Shown here piece by piece: positions 25,322-31,790 of a stretch of DNA of 34,161 nt. Origin of the DNA: Candidatus Sumerlaeota bacterium (lineage in GTDB: Bacteria; Sumerlaeota; Sumerlaeia; JADFCT01); NCBI GenBank assembly GCA_017161665.1, contig JADFCT010000001.1:1-34161 (forward strand). The letters are read 5' to 3'. The notes beneath the pieces are model-generated. The model had not been told where the DNA came from. It was given only the letters and a program-made list of their open reading frames with translations, and ran no database searches. The position numbers were made by a program, and so were the translations under genes. Numbering within the stretch: the first letter of the stretch is position 1; each line of letters begins with the position of its first letter.

Positions 25322-25555
25322 TCAGTCAAATAACACCAGGACATCTCCTTCACGCACATGATCCCCTTCATCGACCAGTATCTCTTTGATCGTGCCGGTT
25401 TCGGGGGAAGGTAATCGGATGTCCAGTGTCGATGTCGCCAAATGCACAATTTCATCGCCTTCGCGGACATTCTGTCCTTCTTCACAATACCACTCTATCA
25501 CGCGGGCTTCGATCAGGTCACCCGTCAGTTTGGGCATAATCATGGAATGGGTCAT
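25322..25555 (-). CDS. Stand-alone biotinyl/lipoyl-type hybrid-barrel domain protein lacking the modifiable lysine
   Basis: 77-aa ORF reading MPKLTGDLIEARVIEWYCEEGQNVREGDEIVHLATSTLDIRLPSPETGTIKEILVDEGDHVREGDVL. It aligns with E2 lipoyl domains, but the E-T-D-K-A/V hairpin reads A-T-S-T-L. ATG 25543 or 25537 are alternative starts. Confidence 0.7.
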   Translation of the reverse strand: MTHSMIMPKLTGDLIEARVIEWYCEEGQNVREGDEIVHLATSTLDIRLPSPETGTIKEILVDEGDHVREGDVLVLFD

Positions 25556-25646
25556 AATTCAAATATCTTTCGCAATCACCAGGGGGCCCTGGTCAGAAAC
25601 AGCGTTCGATTCCCCGGAACGATGGTTTTGTATTCCAGCCCTTTCA

Positions 25647-25764
25647 GGCGACATGAAGTTGCATAGCCTATCATGCCTTTCTCGCTGTCGCAACCGCTTT
25701 TGGCGACATGAAAGACGGCCACCTGTCGCACGCGGACTGAGTCACGCCATACCGGCGCCATGAA
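25647..25764. promoter_or_regulatory. Three direct copies of GGCG(A/C)CATGAA in the divergent intergenic region; candidate regulator-binding array
   Basis: GGCGACATGAA occurs at 25647-25657 and again at 25702-25712 as an exact 11-mer, both preceded by CTTT. GGCGCCATGAA occurs at 25754-25764. The spacings are 55 and 52 nt. Confidence 0.4.
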
Positions 25765-25921
25765 GGGGCCATGCGGGCCAAGTCCCAGAAAATCAGACTT
25801 GTGCAATCCTGTCATGCGTGGAATATGCAAACGGTTCGTCTCAATTCGGCTTTGTAAGATTGACACCGCTTTGCGGCCGGGCTATCCTTTTATCGTTCAC
25901 TTCAAAAAAGATACTGAGAGA

Positions 25922-26317
25922 ATGCAGCGTCTTCGTATAGATCAACTTCAGCCGAACTACGTTTTGGCTCAAAGTGTTCAGGATTCCAGGGGGCGAATTC
26001 TGATCGCCCAAGGTGTGACTTTAAGCGAAGCGCATATCGATCATCTGAGGCGACGGGGCATTAAAACGGTCCGTGTGCTCGGAAAGCCTGTTCCTGCTTT
26101 CTATCAATCGCCGCCGGAATACCTTCGGAAGCGAATGCGCTATATCGAGGATGCATTTCAGGGGATGGTGATGGATCCAACGATGGAGGCCTTTCAACGG
26201 TCGCTTAAGAAGCAGGCGCTGTTGCGATATGAACGGGATTTTGAGGATGAGAAAAAGTATGCCTATATTGAGCGTGAGACGAGCAAACGGGAAGATGAGA
26301 CCGAAACGCAGCCGTAA
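25922..26317 (+). CDS. Small (131-aa) protein whose N-terminal ~55 aa resemble the accessory module at the N-terminus of many HD-GYP proteins (DUF3391-type); charged helical C-terminal half
   Basis: The track ORF is 25760..26317. I prefer ATG 25922 (GAGAG just upstream). The N-terminal segment is LRIDQLQPNYVLAQSVQDSRGRILIAQGVTLSEAHIDHLRRRGIKTVRV. The functional call is weak. Confidence 0.55.
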   Translation: MQRLRIDQLQPNYVLAQSVQDSRGRILIAQGVTLSEAHIDHLRRRGIKTVRVLGKPVPAFYQSPPEYLRKRMRYIEDAFQGMVMDPTMEAFQRSLKKQALLRYERDFEDEKKYAYIERETSKREDETETQP

Positions 26318-26405
26318 TGGATCGACGTCTATGCCCATCGCAGGTCGCCTGGCTGCCACCGTACCCTGTTGAAATTCAACGAGATAACTTCTTAAGGCCT
26401 GATCA

Positions 26406-27284
26406 ATGCCGCTTCATCCCAAATCCATCCGTCGCGCCTTTTCTGCTGCCGCTTCCATCGCCACGCTGCCGTCGATAACGGCCCGATTGTCCGAATTGCT
26501 GGATGCTTCGGAGGTCTCTTATAAGGATATCACGGATTGTGTCAATTCCGATCCGGTCATTGCCGCCGCATTGTTGAGGGTTGTGAATACAAGTTATTAC
26601 GGTTTTCCGGCCCGAATCAGCACGATATCTCATGCGCTGACACTGCTGGGGTTGAATGTCGTCAATCAAGTCCTGGAAAAGATCCCCACGATCACCAGGG
26701 AGCCTCATACGTTGGTCGGATTGTGGGAGCATTCGTTGGGAGTGGCGTTGGGGGCGGCCCACGTGGCTCGTTTTTCAAAGATTGTGCCGCCGGACGAAGC
26801 CGCATTGGGAGGCTTATTACATGATCTCGGGAAAATTGTGTTGGTTTCTCAGTTCCCGGAGATTTACTACTCAGTGCGTCAACAGCGGGACGAGGGACAC
26901 TTGTCCATTTACGAAGCGGAAGGGCTGGTAATGGGTGGATTAACGCATACCACTGTCGGAGGTTGGATCGCCAAAGAGGCGAACTTTCCGGCAGCCGTAC
27001 GGGAGGTGATGACCTGTCATCACCACCCCGAGCGCGCTCGGGTCTATCCGGCGCTGACCTGTTGTGTGCATCTGGCCAATGCGATTTGCCATGGCTTGAA
27101 TTTCGGATATGCCGGAGACTACAAGGCGCCGCAATTATCGCCGATCTGTCTGAAATCGTTGAATTTAGCATGGAACGACCTGCATATCCTGATTGATGAA
27201 ATCGACGATATGTATCAGGAGGTCAACACGACTGGCCTGTATCGACAGCAAGGGCCCAAGCCATACGATTCGGTGGCCCCCTGA
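26406..27284 (+). CDS. HDOD (HD-related output domain) protein
   Basis: 292-aa ORF with LPSITARLSELLDASEVSYKDITDCVNSDPVIAAALLRVVNTSYYGFPARISTISHALTLLG, LWEHSLGVALGAA and GGLLHDLGKIVL. Confidence 0.85.
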   Translation: MPLHPKSIRRAFSAAASIATLPSITARLSELLDASEVSYKDITDCVNSDPVIAAALLRVVNTSYYGFPARISTISHALTLLGLNVVNQVLEKIPTITREPHTLVGLWEHSLGVALGAAHVARFSKIVPPDEAALGGLLHDLGKIVLVSQFPEIYYSVRQQRDEGHLSIYEAEGLVMGGLTHTTVGGWIAKEANFPAAVREVMTCHHHPERARVYPALTCCVHLANAICHGLNFGYAGDYKAPQLSPICLKSLNLAWNDLHILIDEIDDMYQEVNTTGLYRQQGPKPYDSVAP

Positions 27285-27328
27285 GAGAAGGATGGTCTGT
27301 TGGCTGTCAACCGATTCATTGTCTGACT

Positions 27329-28411
27329 ATGTCCAAACTGATACTGAACATATTGCGCAAGGCCGTTGAAATCGGCGCCAGCGATCTCCACATTCGGGGG
27401 GGGCGACCGGCGCGGGCGCGTGTGGATGGCGATTTGGTTCCGATTGATGAATATTTATATTCGGAGCCGGAACTGAAAAATTTCATTTATGAGATTTTGA
27501 CGGAAGAACAGATCAACCAGTTTGAGGAGCGTCTGGATCTGGATTTTTCCTGTAAGTTACAGGAAATCTGCCGTCTCAGGGTCAACTTATTCAGTCAACG
27601 TGGCGTTTTTGCCATTTCATTGCGGATTATTCCCGATCATATTCCGACCATCGAGGAAGTGTATCTGCCCAATGCCTGCCATGATTTCATGCAGCTGAAC
27701 AAGGGCCTTGTTCTGGTGACCGGACCGACAGGGAGCGGCAAGACCACGACACTCGCTTCCATGTTGAATCATATCAACGCCATCCGGGATTGTCATATTT
27801 TGACGATTGAAGATCCGATCGAGTTTCTCTTTGCCGATAAACGGGCCATGATCTCGCAGCGCGAGGTTTCACAGGATACCGGCAGTTTTTCATCGGCGTT
27901 GCGTCACGCCTTTCGCCAGGATCCCGATGTCATTATGATTGGTGAAATGCGGGATTTGGAAACAATGCAAACGGCGATCACCCTGGCCGAAACAGGGCAT
28001 CTGACGTTTTCGACACTCCATACCGGTGAGGCCGTCCAGACGATTTCGCGCATCATTGATTCGTTTCCGCCGCACCAGCAGAACCAGGTGCGCTCTCAAT
28101 TATCGATCTCACTGGAAGGAATCATTTCTCAGACGTTACTGAAATTAGTCGGCAAGAAAGGACGGGTGGCGGCGCGGGAGGTCCTGGTCTGCACTCCGGC
28201 CGTGAAGAACATGATCCGCGAAAATAAACTGCCCCAGATTCGGTCTGCCATCCAAACGGGGCTTGACGTTGGTATGTTATCCATGAATTACTCACTAGGT
28301 TATCTTTACGAAAAAAAGGTCATTTCCTACGAAACCGCATACTACGCGGCGTTTAACAAAAAGGAATTTGCAGAGAAATACGCTCCCAATTCACCGGGAG
28401 TGTCTGGATAG
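27329..28411 (+). CDS. pilT: Type IV pilus retraction ATPase PilT family
   Basis: 360-aa ORF. Walker A is GPTGSGKTTTLA and the Asp box is ILTIEDPIEF. The Walker B/His box region reads DPDVIMIGEMRDLETM ... ETGHLTFSTLHT. The PilT-type C-terminal helix is TPAVKNMIRENKLPQIRSAIQTG. Confidence 0.88.
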   Translation: MSKLILNILRKAVEIGASDLHIRGGRPARARVDGDLVPIDEYLYSEPELKNFIYEILTEEQINQFEERLDLDFSCKLQEICRLRVNLFSQRGVFAISLRIIPDHIPTIEEVYLPNACHDFMQLNKGLVLVTGPTGSGKTTTLASMLNHINAIRDCHILTIEDPIEFLFADKRAMISQREVSQDTGSFSSALRHAFRQDPDVIMIGEMRDLETMQTAITLAETGHLTFSTLHTGEAVQTISRIIDSFPPHQQNQVRSQLSISLEGIISQTLLKLVGKKGRVAAREVLVCTPAVKNMIRENKLPQIRSAIQTGLDVGMLSMNYSLGYLYEKKVISYETAYYAAFNKKEFAEKYAPNSPGVSG

Positions 28412-28422
28412 GAGCATTCAGA

Positions 28423-28701
28423 ATGACCAAGGCTGAGGTGGTGGCGAAAATCAGCGAGCGGACCGGTCTGACTCAAAAAGAAGCCTATCAGGCGCTGGAA
28501 GTCTTTCTGGAAACGATCAAGCACGGCTTGTGCAATGGGCGGAAGGTGACCCTGGTCGGCTTCGGCACATTTGTGATTAAAGAGCGCCCGGCGCGGGCCG
28601 GCCGGAACCCCCACAGTGGGGAAATTATTCAAATCCCGGCTCGGAGCTCCATTTCCTTCCGGCCCGGCAGCGCCTTCCGTGAATTTGTGGAGGGTGATTG
28701 A
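28423..28701 (+). CDS. hup: HU/IHF-family nucleoid-associated DNA-binding protein
   Basis: 92-aa ORF with AGGAG 8 nt upstream, starting 11 nt after the pilT stop. It reads MTKAEVVAKISERTGLTQKEAYQALEVFLETI ... GFGTFVIKERPARAGRNPHSGEIIQIPA. Confidence 0.92.
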   Translation: MTKAEVVAKISERTGLTQKEAYQALEVFLETIKHGLCNGRKVTLVGFGTFVIKERPARAGRNPHSGEIIQIPARSSISFRPGSAFREFVEGD

Positions 28702-28769
28702 AAACAGATTTCTGTCAGCGTGGTTTGAGCGGAGGTCTTGTTTTTCCGTTCCTGAAATCGAATGAGACG

Positions 28770-28801
28770 CCCGGAGCGCCTGTTGGCTGTCTCCGGGTTT
28801 T
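28770..28801 (+). terminator. Candidate intrinsic terminator after the HU gene
   Basis: CCCGGAG (28770-28776) pairs with CTCCGGG (28791-28797) around a 14-nt loop. The hairpin is followed by TTTT-AG-TTT. Confidence 0.5.
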
Positions 28802-28822
28802 AGTTTGGAGGAGGAACCAAAG

Positions 28823-30538
28823 ATGCTTTCGAACATGAGACGGTTGGCGGTGATTTGTTTTACGGCGGTGATCGTCTTTGCCCTTCGGGGTGAGGTGACA
28901 GCGAATCCCGAGGATGGGATCCTTTCAACGAGAGTTCAATGGACGACGGGCAAATCAATTGCCGGGCCCATGCGGATTGATGGGGAATCCTGGCTGTCAA
29001 TCAAAGATCCGACGATCGTCCGCCATGAGGGGAAATGGCACGTGTTTTGTACCGTGCGGGGGACAACACGCAGCCATGCCATCGTCTATCTTTCCTTTGC
29101 CGACTGGGATCAGGCCGAAGAGGCCGAACAGCGTATTTTGTCTTGTCACGAGGGATATTTCTGCGCCCCCCAGGTCTTTTACTTTCGCCCCCATCAGAAG
29201 TGGTACATGATCTGTCAGGCCTCGGATGACTCCTGGACGCCCCCCTATCAGCCAGCATTTGCCACGACCGACGACCTCAGTGATCCGGATTCATGGTCCC
29301 CGCTGACGCCATTGGTCGGACGTAAAGCCGATCATCTCAATGCGTGGTTGGATTTCTGGGTGATTGGCGACGAAGAGAAGGCGTATCTGTTTTTTACATC
29401 GCTGGATGGAAAAATGTGGCGCGCCGACACGGGGCTGGAAGCGTTTCCCCAAGGATGGTCCGATCCGGTGATCTGCCTGGAAGGGGATATATTTGAGGCC
29501 GGGCATATCTATAGAATCCAGGGACAGCCGCAGTATCTGGCCATCATTGAGGCTCAGGGTGGCCATGGATGGCGTTATCAGAAATCCTACGGGGCGGATC
29601 GACTGGACGGCGAGTGGCGTCCCATTGCGGCGACCCGTGACCTGGCCTTCGCCTCCATGCGCAATGTGGATCAGGCGGAGGAACGATGGACGGACTGTAT
29701 CAGTCATGTTGAATTAATTCGGGCCGGAAACGATGAACGACTCGAAGTGGCGCCTCAAGGAACTGGGGTCGTATTTCAGGGAGTGTTGGATAGCGACCGC
29801 CAGGGAAAGGGTTATGGCGCCATCCCCTGGCGACTGGGTTTGCTGGAGTCCTATCCCTTTGATGGCGAATGGATTTCTCTGTTCAATGGAAACGATCTGG
29901 AAGGATGGACTGTGCGGTGTCTTCCGGAAGACCGGGAAAAAGTCTTTTGGAAAGTGACAGATGGCGTTATCGAATGCGATTCCTTGGGCCAGGGCCCACA
30001 TGACTATGTCTGGCTCATGACAGACAAAGAGTACGATGACTTTGACTTGCGCCTCAAGTTTCAGGCCTTCCGTGAATCAAAAGGCAATAGCGGAGTCCAA
30101 ATACGAAGCCGATACGACGATGGGCCCGAGGCCCCCCGTGGCGGTTGGCTCGACGGCCCTCAAATCGATATTCACCCCACGGGACCGTATCGGATTGGCT
30201 TGATCTATGACGAAACCCGTGAAGAAAAACGCTGGATATACCCCAGCCTGAAAGGATCAGGAATTACGGAAAGCCAAGGCGCCAAGTCCTGGGAATTCAA
30301 CTTCCACGATGAAGGAAATGGCTGGAATGATCTGCGGATATATTGTGAGGGGACGGTGATTCGAACCTTTCTGAATGGTCGCTTGGTCAGTGATTACGAT
30401 GGGAAAGGCGTGTTGGACGATGCAGCCCATCGCAAGCGAAGCGTTGGATTGAAGGGACACATTGCCCTCCAACTCCATACCAATGACGCGCTGAAAATCC
30501 GCTTTAAAGATATTATCCTGCGCGAGTCCACACAATAA
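28823..30538 (+). CDS. Secreted two-domain glycoside hydrolase: GH62-like (non-reducing-end alpha-L-arabinofuranosidase family) beta-propeller fused to a C-terminal DUF1080 (3-keto-disaccharide-hydrolase-like jelly-roll) domain
   Basis: The track ORF starts at TTG 28805. I prefer ATG 28823 (GGAGGAGG 8 nt upstream), which gives MLSNMRRLAVICFTAVIVFALRGEVTA as a signal peptide. GH62-like strings are IKDPTIVRHEGKWHVFCT, YFCAPQVFYFRPHQKWYMI, WLDFWVIGDEEKAYLFFTSLDGKMWRA, FEAGHIYRIQGQPQYLAIIEAQGGHGWRY and CISHVELIR...VVFQGV. The DUF1080 part runs from about nt 29858 with LFNGNDLEGWTV, WKVTDGVIEC, GNSGVQIRS and GHIALQLH...IRFKDIIL. Confidence 0.75.
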   Translation: MLSNMRRLAVICFTAVIVFALRGEVTANPEDGILSTRVQWTTGKSIAGPMRIDGESWLSIKDPTIVRHEGKWHVFCTVRGTTRSHAIVYLSFADWDQAEEAEQRILSCHEGYFCAPQVFYFRPHQKWYMICQASDDSWTPPYQPAFATTDDLSDPDSWSPLTPLVGRKADHLNAWLDFWVIGDEEKAYLFFTSLDGKMWRADTGLEAFPQGWSDPVICLEGDIFEAGHIYRIQGQPQYLAIIEAQGGHGWRYQKSYGADRLDGEWRPIAATRDLAFASMRNVDQAEERWTDCISHVELIRAGNDERLEVAPQGTGVVFQGVLDSDRQGKGYGAIPWRLGLLESYPFDGEWISLFNGNDLEGWTVRCLPEDREKVFWKVTDGVIECDSLGQGPHDYVWLMTDKEYDDFDLRLKFQAFRESKGNSGVQIRSRYDDGPEAPRGGWLDGPQIDIHPTGPYRIGLIYDETREEKRWIYPSLKGSGITESQGAKSWEFNFHDEGNGWNDLRIYCEGTVIRTFLNGRLVSDYDGKGVLDDAAHRKRSVGLKGHIALQLHTNDALKIRFKDIILRESTQ

Positions 30539-30541
30539 AGA

Positions 30542-30573
30542 CTGACGCCCCGGCGCCGACGTCGGTCCGTCAG
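30542..30573. repeat. GC-rich palindromic element, copy 1 (REP-like); may also act as a U-tract-less terminator for the GH62-like gene
   Basis: CTGACG (30542-30547) pairs with CGTCAG (30568-30573), enclosing the palindrome CCGACGTCGG. It shares GACG..GCGCCGA...GTCCGTCAGCG with copy 2. Confidence 0.3.
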
Positions 30574-30878
30574 CGCATTCAAATGTTCGAAATAATCCCC
30601 CATGTCCATAAAATGGACATAACAAATGATGAGAAGGACGCCGAGGCGTAGTGCGAAGAATTTTTCATAAATGCCGGGGCGTGGCGATCCAAAGAAATCC
30701 GGGGGGCGGGACCGCTGTCTGATAAGGCCCGCGCCCCAGAAGCAAAACATCATCCAAGCCCCGAAGGCGGCGACATATAAAAGCCCAGGGTGGAGCGACC
30801 AACGGGAGCGGAGCCCTGGGTTTGAGGAATAGCGACGAGGCGCCGGCGCGCTTTTTGCCGCGCAACGCGCAAAAAGCG

Positions 30879-30903
30879 TGACGGCGCCGATTCCCGTCCG
30901 TCA
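30879..30903. repeat. GC-rich palindromic element, copy 2 (REP-like)
   Basis: TGACGG (30879-30884) pairs with CCGTCA (30898-30903). The 11-mer GTCCGTCAGCG at 30896-30906 is identical to the one at 30565-30575, in the same orientation. Confidence 0.3.
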
Positions 30904-30988
30904 GCGACGCGCAAAGCCCAATCGATTCGGAAGGGACCCTTTTCATGAATGACAGGCGCTTGTTCGGTCTGTTGACTGTTTGCCTTTC

Positions 30989-31489
30989 CTACTTCAACGC
31001 CGCCAGCGCCTTGTCGTAGTCTGGTTCCTCCGCAATCTCGGGCACGAGTTGGCTGTAAATCACTTTCCCGCCTTCGTCAACCACCACGACCGCCCGCGCA
31101 AACAGTCCCGACAGTGGTCCGTCAGTGATGGTGACGCCATACTTGTCGCCAAAAGCATCGTTACGGAAAGCCGATAGCGGGACAACCTTGTCCAGACCCT
31201 CGGCCCCACAGAACCGCGCCTGAGCAAAGGGCAGATCGACCGAAATGCAAAGCACCGTCGTGTTGTCCAGACTCGCCGCCGCCTCGTTGAACCGACGCGC
31301 CGATGCGGCGCAAACCGGCGTATCGATGCTGGGAAATATATTCAAAACCACCTTTTGTCCTTTCAAGTCCGAGAACGTCAACTCAGAGAGATCCGTCTTC
31401 ACCAACGTACAATCTGGCGCGTCATCGCCCGCCTCCGGAAGATGCCCGCAGGTATTGACCGGATTCCCCTTGAATGTAACCTGTGCCAT
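30989..31489 (-). CDS. tpx: Thiol peroxidase (atypical 2-Cys peroxiredoxin, Tpx type)
   Basis: The track ORF is 30989..31546. I prefer ATG 31489 (AGGAGG 8 nt upstream). It reads [11 protein letters not shown]..., with [16 protein letters not shown] (peroxidatic Cys) and [19 protein letters not shown] (resolving Cys). Confidence 0.92.
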   Translation of the reverse strand: MAQVTFKGNPVNTCGHLPEAGDDAPDCTLVKTDLSELTFSDLKGQKVVLNIFPSIDTPVCAASARRFNEAAASLDNTTVLCISVDLPFAQARFCGAEGLDKVVPLSAFRNDAFGDKYGVTITDGPLSGLFARAVVVVDEGGKVIYSQLVPEIAEEPDYDKALAALK

Positions 31490-31790
31490 GTCCTTTTCCT
31501 CCTTTTCAAATTGAGTGTACATTTGATAAATGGGCCAGAGATTCACTCAACTCCCTGGGCTTCTTTTTGAGGCATGGAAAAATCGCTGAATTGCGGCTGG
31601 GGGAGGGAAGAGGAGCCGGAGGCCCCTTTTCCCTACAATTACCCCCATAACCTTGCCTTTGCGTCAATGACAGTTTTGATGTTTGGTCAAGTCAGTCCCG
31701 GAAGCAAGAAGTATCTTTCGGAGTTGTTTGACCAGCCGATTCCGATCATGAAATCGGGATTGCTGGAAAGGGACCCATCGCAGCCTTCCA

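Noticed and set aside
25604-25613. GTTCGATTCC, which resembles a tRNA T-loop
   Set aside because: The flanking 5 nt on each side are not complementary, so there is no T-stem. No acceptor or anticodon arms can be drawn, so this is not a tRNA.
25576-25866. 96-aa minus-strand ORF (GTG start) filling most of the divergent intergenic region and ending 20 nt upstream of the lipoyl-like gene
   Set aside because: It has no recognisable domain, a non-ATG start and no SD. It would leave only 55 nt for two divergent promoters, and the three direct repeats cross it in different frames. I cannot exclude it by composition alone. Ribosome profiling or homologue conservation would decide.
25556-25921. Possible riboswitch (glycine or FMN type) in the leader of the lipoyl-like/ribF block, or a c-di-GMP riboswitch for the HDOD/pilT block
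   Set aside because: Reading both strands, I could not find the conserved cores of any of these classes. Only a covariance-model scan (Rfam/Infernal) could settle it.
30394-30946. Two minus-strand ORFs (119 aa and 93 aa) in the GH62/tpx gap; the first has two hydrophobic stretches
   Set aside because: The 119-aa ORF overlaps the 3' end of the GH62-like/DUF1080 gene by about 145 nt on the opposite strand. The 93-aa ORF is Arg/Pro/Gly-rich shadow-like sequence. Neither has an SD.
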